Source: Lachnospiraceae bacterium
GTDB lineage: Bacteria; Bacillota; Clostridia; Lachnospirales; Lachnospiraceae
NCBI GenBank assembly: GCA_017962225.1
Contig: JAGCVT010000037.1
Location: 22,046-86,045 of the forward strand
Length of the DNA: 64,000 nt
Direction: 5' to 3'
Positions 1 through 10,608 of this stretch are shown piece by piece. Under the pieces are notes generated by a model that was not told the origin of the DNA, searched no databases, and saw nothing but the letters and a program-made list of their open reading frames with translations. Every line of letters starts with the position of its first letter. The stretch's first letter is position 1. The translations under genes and the position numbers were made by a program.

Positions 1-36
1 TTTGGAAAAAGAGTTAAAAGAAGAGAAAGATAAAAA

Positions 37-1128
37 ATGAGTAATATCCGGATTTTCCAATATACACATTTCTTAAAAACCGGCGACGGTGTCGGAAATG
101 ATGTTTTGGCAATTCATAAATTCTTAACCGAACAAAAGAAAATTGATGCAAGAATCTTTTATGGTGTTACGGCCGAAAGATTTAATTCCGGCAAAATCAA
201 AAGCATCGACCATGCTGTTGAAACGAAGGATGACGACATCCTCATGATTCATGTTTCAACGGAATGGGATTATATGGATACGCTTTGCGAATTAAAGGGA
301 AGAAAGATTTTTGTTTATCATAACATCACGCCTCCCGAATTCTTTGAAGACTACAGTTTTCATGTGTATGAAAACTGCAAAAAAGGACTTGAAGAGTTAA
401 AAAGATGCAAAGACAAGGCCGATTACTGCCTGGCCGATTCCGAGTTTAACAAAAGCGATCTGGTGAAATACGGTTATGAATGCCCGATAGACGTTCTTCC
501 GATAATCATTCCGTTTGATGATTACAAACAGCCTGTTGACGAGGCCTTTGCGAGTGAATTAAGTGACGGCAAAACCAACATTCTTTTTGTGGGAAGAATA
601 GCCCCGAACAAAAAACAGGAAGATATAATTCTTTCTTTTTACCACTATAAAAAATACTACAATCCGGACAGCCGCCTGATTCTTTTAGGAGGCTACGATG
701 AGAACGACAAATACTATCAGAAGCTTTTAAAGTACATAGAAGAAATCGGAGTCGAAGACGTAAGGCTTACGAGCCACATACCGTTTAAACAGGTCCTGGC
801 AATATTCAAAAGCGCGCACCTGTTCCTCTGCCTCAGCGAACACGAGGGGTTCTGCATTCCTCTGCTTGAAGCAATGTCCTTCGAAATTCCGATAATAGCG
901 TATGATTCGACCGCCGTTAAGGATACTCTGGGAGGCGGAGGAATCCTCATAAAAGAGAAGAATCCCCTGGAAATAGCGGGATTAATGGACTATGTTCTCA
1001 AACATGAAGACATCGTTTCAACCATAAAAGAAAGACAAAAAGAAAGACTGGAAGAAATGAAATATGAGAATGTAACCGGTAAACTCTGGGATTATTTAAC
1101 TAAATTCGAGCCCGGACTTTTGCAGTAA
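37..1128 (+). CDS. GT4 family glycosyltransferase
   Basis: GT-B motifs LFVGRIAPNK and EHEGFCIPLLEAM (EX7E). Confidence 0.9.
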   Translation: MSNIRIFQYTHFLKTGDGVGNDVLAIHKFLTEQKKIDARIFYGVTAERFNSGKIKSIDHAVETKDDDILMIHVSTEWDYMDTLCELKGRKIFVYHNITPPEFFEDYSFHVYENCKKGLEELKRCKDKADYCLADSEFNKSDLVKYGYECPIDVLPIIIPFDDYKQPVDEAFASELSDGKTNILFVGRIAPNKKQEDIILSFYHYKKYYNPDSRLILLGGYDENDKYYQKLLKYIEEIGVEDVRLTSHIPFKQVLAIFKSAHLFLCLSEHEGFCIPLLEAMSFEIPIIAYDSTAVKDTLGGGGILIKEKNPLEIAGLMDYVLKHEDIVSTIKERQKERLEEMKYENVTGKLWDYLTKFEPGLLQ

Positions 1129-1163
1129 ATTTCTTTAAAAAGAGGGAAACATTTGGCAGTATT

Positions 1164-3062
1164 ATGACAAAAGATTTTTTCCAAAAAAATGAAAAAATAC
1201 TGGTTGTTGTGGGATGTGTAATTACATTCCTTCTTTGCGTCTGCACGGTATTTCAGAGGAATATGATCGTTATGTCTGCCGATGAAATGGGACCGATTGC
1301 CATAGCGGCGTACTGGAACGGATACGACTGGTCCGAAGTCATGTCGCACGGGTCATATTATTCCTACGGATATTCACTGGTGCTTTTCCCTTTATTTTTC
1401 TTATTTAAATCACCGGAACTGTTTCTTAAAAGTGTCATTGTGGCAAATTCGGTTTTCTCGGCATTGATTTTTTTGTTTTCATGGCTTATTGCCAAAGAAA
1501 TCAAACCCGAATCAAAGCCTTATTTCAGACTTGCGGCTGCTTTGTTTTGCGGCTGCTTCGTATCCAATGTAGCCAGAAGTTCATCCGCCTGGGACGAAGT
1601 ATTCCTGGCGTTTCTCTGCTGGACCCTTTTGTTTTCTTTTATCAAGGTTTATAAAAAAAGCAATATTCCCTTTTATCTGCTTGGTTCATTTTTATCATTT
1701 CTTTTATACATCACGCATCAGAGAATGATTGGTGTATTTTTTGTATTCCACGTATTTGTATTCTTCATTTCGATATTTGATGTTAAAAAATTCATAAAAT
1801 TCTTAATCAGCGAACTGTTTTTGACTGGGTTGTTTATTGGACATATCTTTATCAAAAAAGATATAAAAGCCAGTGTGTGGCGTAATGGCGTAAATTCTGA
1901 AATAAATGATTATTCTTCTGTTCTTCGTGAGTTTTTTGGTGAGAATTATATTTATGGTTTTTTCATTTTAGGTGTGATAGCGTTTATTGTTCTCATAGCG
2001 ATTGTGCTTATAGCTTTATTTTTAAAGAAGAAAAAAGGCGAAGAAAGTAAAGGCCTTAGAATTTACAGATGGATACTGACGGGATTGTTTGTCGGCGCAT
2101 GTCTTGCAGGAGTAATCATCCTTTGCTGGGACGGTATAAAATTGTCGTTATATACTGTTTCCGCACATTTGCTATATGGAGGTATAAGTTCATTTGGTCT
2201 GCTTTACCTTGGAATTCTGTTTTTACTTTTCAGATTCTTCTGCTGGGTAAAGAACGGAGCGAAAGTTGATTGTGAACAGAATGATTTAATATATAATTAT
2301 GTGCTGTTTGCTTTCCTGTCAATCTTTTTCATTAGCGTAATTTATACACATTCTGCGACAGATCTCGCTTTGGCTGTAAGATCGGATTATCTGTTTTACG
2401 GCAGGTATTTTGAACCGATGCTTGCTTTGGCTGCATTCGCCGGTGCAATCAACCTTGATGAAATTAATGAGAAAAAATGGGTATATTTTATCCTTTCTGT
2501 TCTTATGGTTATTTTCAATATTCCGGCAATCTACAGATATAATCTGTATTTTAAAGGAATACTTTTATTGGTTCATAACTGCGTTGCACTGGATTTCTTT
2601 TCCAAGAACGGAGTGGTGAACTTCATATTGGCGGCGAAAGTAATGACCGTGTTCCTGCTTCTGTTTATATGGTTGAAAAAAGACGGCATCAAAACATGCA
2701 TTTTACTGGCTTCAACGATTCTGGCTTTTGTTATGGGCTTAACATATATCGAGAGAACCGTTCTGCCAGCGGATAAGGATAAATACGTTATCAAGGAAGT
2801 TTTGGAAGAAAAGGAAAAGCTTGATCCCGATGCTCCGCTTGTCTTTTATGGAAATGAACCTGATTATATCTATAATTCATCGTTTATTCAGTATCTTATG
2901 AAGGATCATAAAAGTCTTAGTTACGGTGATAAACAAAACATTCCGGATACACCGTTTTACGGTATCACGGATGATGCAGATTTCCTTAGCGAAAATCCGT
3001 CCCTTTATCTGGTAAACAGTAAAAATGAGTTTTATCTTTTTACCAATATGGATTCGAAGTAG
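1164..3062 (+). CDS. Polytopic membrane protein, putative GT-C fold glycosyltransferase
   Basis: Many hydrophobic helices; acidic dyad after TM1 (MSADEMG); YYSYGYS, HQR and YGRYFE motifs shared with 7061..8767. Confidence 0.65.
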   Translation: MTKDFFQKNEKILVVVGCVITFLLCVCTVFQRNMIVMSADEMGPIAIAAYWNGYDWSEVMSHGSYYSYGYSLVLFPLFFLFKSPELFLKSVIVANSVFSALIFLFSWLIAKEIKPESKPYFRLAAALFCGCFVSNVARSSSAWDEVFLAFLCWTLLFSFIKVYKKSNIPFYLLGSFLSFLLYITHQRMIGVFFVFHVFVFFISIFDVKKFIKFLISELFLTGLFIGHIFIKKDIKASVWRNGVNSEINDYSSVLREFFGENYIYGFFILGVIAFIVLIAIVLIALFLKKKKGEESKGLRIYRWILTGLFVGACLAGVIILCWDGIKLSLYTVSAHLLYGGISSFGLLYLGILFLLFRFFCWVKNGAKVDCEQNDLIYNYVLFAFLSIFFISVIYTHSATDLALAVRSDYLFYGRYFEPMLALAAFAGAINLDEINEKKWVYFILSVLMVIFNIPAIYRYNLYFKGILLLVHNCVALDFFSKNGVVNFILAAKVMTVFLLLFIWLKKDGIKTCILLASTILAFVMGLTYIERTVLPADKDKYVIKEVLEEKEKLDPDAPLVFYGNEPDYIYNSSFIQYLMKDHKSLSYGDKQNIPDTPFYGITDDADFLSENPSLYLVNSKNEFYLFTNMDSK

Positions 3063-3098
3063 AGCCAATACTTATGTAAACCAAAAGGGTCCCGAAAG

Positions 3099-3127
3099 TT
3101 GCAACAGATGCTGTATTATGTTAATAT
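3099..3127 (+). promoter_or_regulatory. Putative sigmaA promoter
   Basis: TTGCAA-17 bp-TAATAT with TGn extended -10, in the 100-bp gap before 3163. Confidence 0.45.
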
Positions 3128-3162
3128 AAAAAGAGTGCCTATGTACAAAAGAGGATAAAAAT

Positions 3163-4152
3163 ATGAAGTTAATAATTCAGATTCCGTGTTATAACGAAGC
3201 GGAGACTTTGGAGATTGCTTTAAACGATCTTCCTAAACATATAGACGGTATAGATGAGATTGAATACCTCATAATTAACGACGGAAGTAAGGACAACACA
3301 GTTGAAGTCGCTAAGAACTGGGGTGTTCATTACGTTGTTAATTTTAAAAAGAACAAAGGCCTTGCCAAAGGTTTCATGGCCGGAATAGATGCCTGCTTAA
3401 GAAACGGTGCGGATATTATCGTCAATACCGATGCAGACAACCAGTATTGCGGTGAAGATATTGAAACCATCGTAAGACCTATACTTGAAGGGAAAGCCGA
3501 TATTGTAATCGGTGCACGTCCTATAGACCAGACTGAGCATTTCTCATGGCTTAAAAAGAAACTTCAGCATCTTGGAAGCTGGGTTGTAAGAAGAGCTTCC
3601 AAAACCGATATTCCCGATGCTCCTTCAGGTTTCAGAGCATACAGCAGAGAAGCTGCGCTTCAGTTAAATATCGTAAACGAATATACATATACTCTTGAGC
3701 AGATAGTTCAGGCAGGAAGAACGAACATTGCCATTATGTCAGTTCCTATCAGAACCAACGGAGAACTTCGTCCTTCCAGACTTTTCCACAGTATGTTCGG
3801 ATATATTAAGAAATCCATGCTCACTATTTTCAGAGCATATCTTATGTATAAGCCCATGAGATTTTTCCTAGCACTCGGAGTAGTTCCGTTTGTAATAGGA
3901 TTTGCCATTGGCGTAAGATACATAGTCTTTATCTTTATGGGAAGAGCTACGGGTAATATTCAGTCACTGATCCTCTGTAGTTTGCTAATTATGATAGCCG
4001 TAATGATCTGGGTACTCGGAATGATGGCAGACGTTATTTCCGCCAACCGTAAGATTTCCCAGGAAGTTCAGGCAAGAACCAGAGATATTGATTACAGACT
4101 GGCCTGGATAGAAAAAAATATGAAGAAAGATTCAGAGCCGTCAGAAAAATAG
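3163..4152 (+). CDS. GT2 polyprenol-phosphate glycosyltransferase (DPM1/GtrB-like)
   Basis: IPCYNE, INDGSKD, TDADNQY, DAPSGFRAYSR; two C-terminal TM helices. Confidence 0.85.
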   Translation: MKLIIQIPCYNEAETLEIALNDLPKHIDGIDEIEYLIINDGSKDNTVEVAKNWGVHYVVNFKKNKGLAKGFMAGIDACLRNGADIIVNTDADNQYCGEDIETIVRPILEGKADIVIGARPIDQTEHFSWLKKKLQHLGSWVVRRASKTDIPDAPSGFRAYSREAALQLNIVNEYTYTLEQIVQAGRTNIAIMSVPIRTNGELRPSRLFHSMFGYIKKSMLTIFRAYLMYKPMRFFLALGVVPFVIGFAIGVRYIVFIFMGRATGNIQSLILCSLLIMIAVMIWVLGMMADVISANRKISQEVQARTRDIDYRLAWIEKNMKKDSEPSEK

Positions 4153-4153
4153 T

Positions 4154-5317
4154 ATGAAAAAACTGCTAATTACAGCTTCGACTTTTCCCAGATGGGAAAA
4201 CGACACAGAGCCGAGATTTATCCTGGACTGTGCGATAGAACTGAATAAATATTATGACGTTACCGTTTTGGTACCGGCAGCTCCCGGTTCGAAAAAGAGT
4301 GAAGTACTTGACGGAGTAAATGTTGTCAGATACCACTATTTTCCGATTCATAAATTAGAAACCTTATGCTATCCCGGAGCTATTGTTCCAAGGATTAAAG
4401 AAAAGAAAATACGAGTTCTGCTTGTTCCGTTTCTTTTTGCGTCCTTGTTTTTCAAGTTATTGTTTACTCGTAAAAAGTATGATTTATTTATTTCCAATTG
4501 GATAATACCCCAAGGAATAATTCATGCTTTTTTTTCTGATAAATACATTCAGGTCGGATTGGGCGGAGATGTTACTTCTTTAAACAAAGGTATTTTAAAA
4601 ACGCTCAAGAAAAGATGCGTTGAAAAATCACCATACATTGTAGTTGTATCAGACGACCTGAAGTCTTCACTGATAGAAAACTATCAGCTCGATGAAAACA
4701 AAATAGAAGTGGTACCGATGGGTGTCAATCTGGCCAAGTTTTCACCTGCAAACAGGATAGAAAATTACTTCAATCAGGGAGACAAAAAAGTAATCCTTTT
4801 CGTCGGAAGACTGGTTGAGAAAAAGGGAACGGAATACCTTATCAAAGCCATGAAAGATATTCAGGCCAAGCTGATAATTGTCGGCGACGGTCCCCAGAGA
4901 GATTATCTGGTTGAACTAGCAAATGGCATCGGTTCGGATATTGAATTCGTCGGATCGAAGAACAAGGATGAATTAATCAAAATGTATGCGTCCTGCGATA
5001 TTTTCTGTCTGCCTGCGGTATTGGCCAAGGACGGAGATAAGGACGGTACTCCCGTTGCACTGATAGAAGCCATGGCCTCCGGAGCGGTTCCTGTGGGAAC
5101 AAACGTCGGCGGAGTAGGTGAAGTTATAAAACATGAGATAAACGGTTTAATAGTTGAAGACAGAGATGAAAATGAATTGCATTCGGCACTGGAATCTTTG
5201 TTGAAGAATGACGAATTAAGAGCCGTATATTCGGCAGAGGCCAGAAAAAGGGCCGAAGAATTCGATTTTATAAAAATCGGTGAGAGATATAAAGAATTAC
5301 TGGAAGAGTATTGTTGA
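4154..5317 (+). CDS. GT4 family glycosyltransferase
   Basis: LFVGRLVEKKG and DGTPVALIEAMASG. Confidence 0.9.
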   Translation: MKKLLITASTFPRWENDTEPRFILDCAIELNKYYDVTVLVPAAPGSKKSEVLDGVNVVRYHYFPIHKLETLCYPGAIVPRIKEKKIRVLLVPFLFASLFFKLLFTRKKYDLFISNWIIPQGIIHAFFSDKYIQVGLGGDVTSLNKGILKTLKKRCVEKSPYIVVVSDDLKSSLIENYQLDENKIEVVPMGVNLAKFSPANRIENYFNQGDKKVILFVGRLVEKKGTEYLIKAMKDIQAKLIIVGDGPQRDYLVELANGIGSDIEFVGSKNKDELIKMYASCDIFCLPAVLAKDGDKDGTPVALIEAMASGAVPVGTNVGGVGEVIKHEINGLIVEDRDENELHSALESLLKNDELRAVYSAEARKRAEEFDFIKIGERYKELLEEYC

Positions 5318-5328
5318 TACGGACAAGT

Positions 5329-6237
5329 ATGAAAAAAGTAATAATACTTGGTGGAAACGGTTTTATCGGTAAAAGACTTGCGTCATATCTTTTAAAACAG
5401 GATGTTTCGGTTTACAGTTTTGACCTGACGATTCCATCAGACAAGGAAAACGGAATAAATTACATAGAAGGCGATTTTTTTGATGACGATACTTTGATGA
5501 AAGCTGTTGAAGACAAAGATATCGTCTTTCACTGTGTCTGTACGATTAATCCCGGAAATTCCTGGGAAAAATACATGCAGGCTTACAATCTGGATTTTAT
5601 TCAGACTGTCAAGCTTTGCAAGATTGTATCTGAAACGAACAAAAAGATGGTTTTCCTCTCAAGCGGCGGAACCGTTTACGGTAAAAAAGATATTCAGCCT
5701 ATAGAAGAAAACAGCACGACATATCCCATCAATCATTACGGAGCATTAAAGATTTGTATTGAAAATGTAATACATTCTTTTAATGAACGTATAAACGACA
5801 AGATTATAATTGCCAGAATTTCCAATCCCTACGGACCGGGACAGGATTATACCAAGGGTGTCGGATTCATTGATGCTGCAATTAAAAATGCGATTAGCGG
5901 TAAGGATATTGTCGTATTCGGAGACGGATCTGTAATAAGAGATTACATATATATTGACGATGTCGTTAAGCTTTTGTATTTCTTATCTTCCTATAGCGGA
6001 GAATATGATACTTTCAATGTCAGCACAGGGGTAGGAACATCTCAGAATGAAATACTCGACATGCTTAAAACCCACTATCCCGATATGAAGATTAAGTATG
6101 AGAAAGAAAGAGATGTTGATTTAAAAAAGACAGTTCTTTCCAACAAAAGACTGATGGAATGCTGCGACTATAAGATGATAGATATCAAAGACGGAATATT
6201 CAAATATGTTGAATATTTAAAAGATTTAAAAGGATGA
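5329..6237 (+). CDS. NAD-dependent epimerase/dehydratase (extended SDR)
   Basis: GGNGFIG, SSGGTVYG, YGALK; ATG at 5329 preferred over TTG at 5311. Confidence 0.88.
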   Translation: MKKVIILGGNGFIGKRLASYLLKQDVSVYSFDLTIPSDKENGINYIEGDFFDDDTLMKAVEDKDIVFHCVCTINPGNSWEKYMQAYNLDFIQTVKLCKIVSETNKKMVFLSSGGTVYGKKDIQPIEENSTTYPINHYGALKICIENVIHSFNERINDKIIIARISNPYGPGQDYTKGVGFIDAAIKNAISGKDIVVFGDGSVIRDYIYIDDVVKLLYFLSSYSGEYDTFNVSTGVGTSQNEILDMLKTHYPDMKIKYEKERDVDLKKTVLSNKRLMECCDYKMIDIKDGIFKYVEYLKDLKG

Positions 6238-7055
6238 ATATGCAACATAAAATATCAATAGTAACAATCTGTTATAATTCCGAAAAAGAAATAAAAGACA
6301 CCTTACAGTCAATAGCCGAACAGGAATATACCGATTATGAAATAGTTATAAAAGACGGAGCGTCAACCGACAATACCATGAGTATAGTCAACGATTTTAT
6401 AAAGGAAAATCCTGCAGTTGACGTGACAGCGGAATCGGCAGCCGATAAAGGCATTTACAATGCCATGAATGCTGCGATAGATATGGCTGACGGAGAATGG
6501 ATTTTCTTTTTAAACTCCGGAGACCGCTTCGTTTCAAAAGATGTTTTGACAAAAGTATCAGAGTCGTTGAACGATGAAAACGAAGTTGTTTACGGCAACG
6601 TAATAATGAGTGACGGAAACGGTGATTCCAGATGGAAGGGCGATATCAGCCTGATAGAAAAAAAGATGCCGTTCGGACACCAGTCCTGTTTTATGAAAAC
6701 ATCCATGGTTCGCCGGTATAAGTTTGATGAACAGTTTAAAATCGCTGCGGACTATAACATGGTTCTAAGATCCTATAAGGACGGACGTAAATTCCACTAT
6801 GTGGATGCCGACATAGCGCGATTTGATATGGATGGAGTTTCTTCTACGGTATTTTGCGAAACAATGCGTGAAAGATATGCCGTCAGAAGTTCCAATAATG
6901 TTTTGGGACCGGATTATAAGAAATCTTTTGCGTATAAGAAAGATATGTTTGTTGCAAAAATAAAGGAATTTATAGCAAAACGTCTTTCCGGAAAGTTATT
7001 AACGGGGTTACGCGAGATATATAAGACAAAAATTAAGAAATATCAGAAAGTATAA
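6234..7055 (+). CDS. GT2 family glycosyltransferase (WcaE-like)
   Basis: ISIVTICYN, DGASTD, DKGIYNAMN, FLNSGD, HQS, IAADY; ATGA overlap with upstream gene. Confidence 0.88.
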   Translation: MNMQHKISIVTICYNSEKEIKDTLQSIAEQEYTDYEIVIKDGASTDNTMSIVNDFIKENPAVDVTAESAADKGIYNAMNAAIDMADGEWIFFLNSGDRFVSKDVLTKVSESLNDENEVVYGNVIMSDGNGDSRWKGDISLIEKKMPFGHQSCFMKTSMVRRYKFDEQFKIAADYNMVLRSYKDGRKFHYVDADIARFDMDGVSSTVFCETMRERYAVRSSNNVLGPDYKKSFAYKKDMFVAKIKEFIAKRLSGKLLTGLREIYKTKIKKYQKV

Positions 7056-7060
7056 ATAAA

Positions 7061-8767
7061 ATGCCCAATGAGAAGAAAAGAATAAATAAACAAAAAGTTT
7101 TTGCTGTTCTGTTAAGAATATGCTTTATTTTTGTTTTGATTTTTTTGGGATTATATCGTATCTGGGAACAGAATGCTCCGACTATTCTGATGGATGAATA
7201 CGGTTATTGGCTTAACGGCGCTTTTTTTACCGGCAGAGACTGGAGTATAATTGGATCGCAAATGAATTACTATTCATATGGATACAGTTTTTTACTGGCA
7301 GTTATTATGCTTATATTTCACAGTACTGCTCTGATGTATAAGGTTGCTATTGTGTTGAACATAATATTATGGATAGTTTTATTTGAAGTAGTTTATCAAA
7401 TCGAAAAAGAATTATTTGATATTGATGAAAAACTAATTCTTTTGGCAACATTTGCTTCCTGTATATATCCAAGCATAGCAGTAAATGTTCATATTACGTG
7501 GAGTGAAACATTGCTTACACTTTGCTATGCGGTCAGCATTTTGCTTTTTTTCAAATATTCTAAAACCAATAAAAGGATTTTCCTGGTGATGATGCTGATT
7601 GATTTGGTTTTTTTATATGCGGTTCATCAAAGATCGATAGGCGTCTTGGCAGCGGCTTTAATTTCGCTGGTAATACTGAAAAAGACGAAGATTAAAATTT
7701 TGGATATACTTGCAATTGGATTAATTCTTTTAATCGGTTTTTTTTCAATTAAGTATTTTAAGAAGAGTTTGTTAGCAAATATTTACAATGTGGGGTCTAA
7801 CACCAAGGCATCACACACCGATTATGGTGGAGTCTGGGCTTATTTATTTTATATTTTAAATATCGAAGGAATTAAAGCTTTGCTTCTTTCGGCATCAGGC
7901 AAAGCGTTATATTTTATAGTCAGTACATTGGGCATTCTTCCACTGTCTCTTGTCTACATATTAGAAAGAATAAAGAATCATATAGGAAATAAAGATAAGG
8001 ATTCATCGAATCAGGATTATGTATTTATCTTCCTGCTTTTATCCATTGTATTAATGTTTGGAATAGCTACATACTATACATCTACTAATCAAAGAATGGA
8101 TATAGTGCTCTATGGAAGATACTTTGAATTTTTAATTCCTCCTTTTCTGGCAATAGGATTAGGCTTTGTTTTCAAAGGAAACGGTTCCGAAAAAAAACAC
8201 CTTGTTATTTTGGGGATACTTTTACTTCTTTTAGGTAGTTTTGTTACATTTGAGTTTGCGAATAATGAAATAACCGAATTCAATCTTTATTCGGTTTGCA
8301 GTGTGTTTTTTGGATTATTCTACAATTTATTTGGAAATAATTATATTTTGGAATCGGTGAAAATAACTTTAATAGTAATTATCATTTTATTTTTACTTGT
8401 TTTATTAAAAAACAAAGGAAAAAACTACTTGGTTTGTATCTTTGTTAGTGCCGTGTTTTTGTTTATCAGCTGGTGGGGAATCGAAACAGTATTTAAGTCG
8501 AATTACAGAAACGAAAGATGTCTTGAGATTCAGGATTATATAAAAAACCAGGAAGTAGTATATTACCTGATCGATGAAGAGGATGTAAATAATACATGCT
8601 GGTATGTTGCCGACATGCAAATTATGAATCCTGATAAAAAATTCTTAAAACTCGAAGAGGATGAATTTGATAATACCAGCGGATATATTATTTGCAGCAG
8701 CGTACCGGAAGAAGAATGCGAGTTATTGATAGAAAACTGGCAAGTGAATTTTATTTATAAAGAATAA
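7061..8767 (+). CDS. Polytopic membrane protein, putative GT-C fold glycosyltransferase (paralog of 1164..3062)
   Basis: ILMDEYGY after TM1, GRDWS, YYSYGYS, HQRSIGV, DIVLYGRYFE. Confidence 0.65.
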   Translation: MPNEKKRINKQKVFAVLLRICFIFVLIFLGLYRIWEQNAPTILMDEYGYWLNGAFFTGRDWSIIGSQMNYYSYGYSFLLAVIMLIFHSTALMYKVAIVLNIILWIVLFEVVYQIEKELFDIDEKLILLATFASCIYPSIAVNVHITWSETLLTLCYAVSILLFFKYSKTNKRIFLVMMLIDLVFLYAVHQRSIGVLAAALISLVILKKTKIKILDILAIGLILLIGFFSIKYFKKSLLANIYNVGSNTKASHTDYGGVWAYLFYILNIEGIKALLLSASGKALYFIVSTLGILPLSLVYILERIKNHIGNKDKDSSNQDYVFIFLLLSIVLMFGIATYYTSTNQRMDIVLYGRYFEFLIPPFLAIGLGFVFKGNGSEKKHLVILGILLLLLGSFVTFEFANNEITEFNLYSVCSVFFGLFYNLFGNNYILESVKITLIVIIILFLLVLLKNKGKNYLVCIFVSAVFLFISWWGIETVFKSNYRNERCLEIQDYIKNQEVVYYLIDEEDVNNTCWYVADMQIMNPDKKFLKLEEDEFDNTSGYIICSSVPEEECELLIENWQVNFIYKE

Positions 8768-8786
8768 AATTAAAGAGGAAAACATT

Positions 8787-9914
8787 TTGAAAAAAAGAAT
8801 AGTATTACGCGTTCAGGGAGATAAAACCTGGATTGGCGGAGTATATTATAAAAAGAATATTTTATATTCCATGCTTCAGAGTGAGAAAATAAAGAGCAAC
8901 TACGATATCGTAGTTTGTGTTACTCCAAAGTATTCAAATATATTTGATGAATTCAAAGATGAAATAATACTTAAAGTTTTTCCTGAGAACAAATACCTCT
9001 TTGAACTTGGCATTATCAAAGAAATGTTATCTTCGAAAAATAAATTTATGTATTGTATGAATTCTTCTTTCTTTAACAAGCTCTGGAGAGGAAGAAGCAT
9101 TTACTGGATACCTGATTTTCAATACAAATATTATCCGGATTATTTTGATAAAAAGCTGGTAGATAAACGAGATAAGAACTATACCAAAATGGCCAGGACT
9201 TCAGGCAAACTGGTGCTGAGCAGTCAGGCATGCAGGGATGATTATGAGAAATTCTTCCCTGTCAGCAATAATAAAATAACAGTGGTTCCGTTCGTTTCGT
9301 ATATCGAAAAAGAAATCACCAATCTGAGCGATGATTTTTGCAAGAGTGTATTGGAAAAATATAATCTGTCGGGACACAAATATATTTATATTCCCAACCA
9401 GTTTTGGAAACATAAAAATCATATTGTGGTTCTGGAAGCAATTAAGAAACTGTCTGAAAAGAATTTCTCGGATTATAAATTTGTTTTTACCGGAGAACTG
9501 TTGGATTTCAGAAATCCTGATTACATTGATCTGGTTAAGGAAAAAATGTCGGATCCGGATTTGATGAATTATATAGTCAACCTCGGCTTTATTCCGAGAG
9601 CCGATCAGGTTGCCATCATGAAAGAAGCTTCGTTTTTGATTCAGCCTTCTTTATTCGAAGGATGGGGAACGGTTATGGAAGATGCGAAAGTACTCGACAA
9701 GACCGTGTTGCTCTCGAATATTCCGGTTCACAGAGAACAAAAATCCGAGAAGTGCTATCTGTTTAATCCTTCGGATTCGGATGAGTTATCGGAGCTTATA
9801 ACGGAAGTTGCGGCAAAAGATATGCAAGAGAGTATCTCTGCAGGCTTAAACCGTATGAAAAACACAGCTTTGGAATATTCCAAAAGACTTGAAGAATTGT
9901 TTGATCTGGCGTAA
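8787..9914 (+). CDS. GT4 family glycosyltransferase
   Basis: WIPDFQ, PNQFWKHKNH, PSLFEGWGTVMEDAK; TTG start with GAGG RBS. Confidence 0.88.
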   Translation: MKKRIVLRVQGDKTWIGGVYYKKNILYSMLQSEKIKSNYDIVVCVTPKYSNIFDEFKDEIILKVFPENKYLFELGIIKEMLSSKNKFMYCMNSSFFNKLWRGRSIYWIPDFQYKYYPDYFDKKLVDKRDKNYTKMARTSGKLVLSSQACRDDYEKFFPVSNNKITVVPFVSYIEKEITNLSDDFCKSVLEKYNLSGHKYIYIPNQFWKHKNHIVVLEAIKKLSEKNFSDYKFVFTGELLDFRNPDYIDLVKEKMSDPDLMNYIVNLGFIPRADQVAIMKEASFLIQPSLFEGWGTVMEDAKVLDKTVLLSNIPVHREQKSEKCYLFNPSDSDELSELITEVAAKDMQESISAGLNRMKNTALEYSKRLEELFDLA

Positions 9915-9962
9915 GAATGTTTTGATTAGAGTGTTGTATAAAACATATTAAAAGAAAATCAA

Positions 9963-10571
9963 ATGAATAAAATATTAGGGTTATATCATAAAATCAGAAA
10001 AAAAAGAATAATAAAGAAATATAAAAACTATTTGGAATTAAGTCCCAAGTCGGCTTATCTTGAAAATTTTAAAGTCGATTTAAGACATCCGACCGAAAGA
10101 AAATACCTTTCAATCGGAGATAATTGCGTTATCGATTCACGTTTTGTATTTGAGAAGGAGACGGGAAAAATCACTGTTGGAGATCGAGTGCATATCGGAA
10201 ACAGCAGACTGATATCCGTTGACGAGATTGTCATCGAAGATGACGTAATTATAGCCTGGGACTGTCTGATTTACGATCACAATTCACACTCTGTATCATG
10301 GGAAGAAAGAAAAGAAGATACTATTAGAGAGTACAACTGTATTTCTCAAAAGAAAGATCCGATTTTCGATAAAAGATGGGACGTTGTGAAATCAGCACCG
10401 ATTCATATTTGTTCGAAAGCCTGGATAGGAACAGGCGCGAAAATTTTGAAGGGTGTTACAATAGGTGAAGGCGCTGTGGTTGCTGCCGGAAGTGTTGTAG
10501 TCAAAGATGTTCCCGCATGGACGATTGTCGGTGGAAATCCGGCACAGATAATCAAAACAATCGAAAGATAA
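9963..10571 (+). CDS. Hexapeptide-repeat (LbH) acyltransferase
   Basis: [31 protein letters not shown]...GGNPA. Confidence 0.9.
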   Translation: MNKILGLYHKIRKKRIIKKYKNYLELSPKSAYLENFKVDLRHPTERKYLSIGDNCVIDSRFVFEKETGKITVGDRVHIGNSRLISVDEIVIEDDVIIAWDCLIYDHNSHSVSWEERKEDTIREYNCISQKKDPIFDKRWDVVKSAPIHICSKAWIGTGAKILKGVTIGEGAVVAAGSVVVKDVPAWTIVGGNPAQIIKTIER

Positions 10572-10608
10572 AAGAATCATTCTGATTAATAAATTGGAGT
10601 AGCATTTA

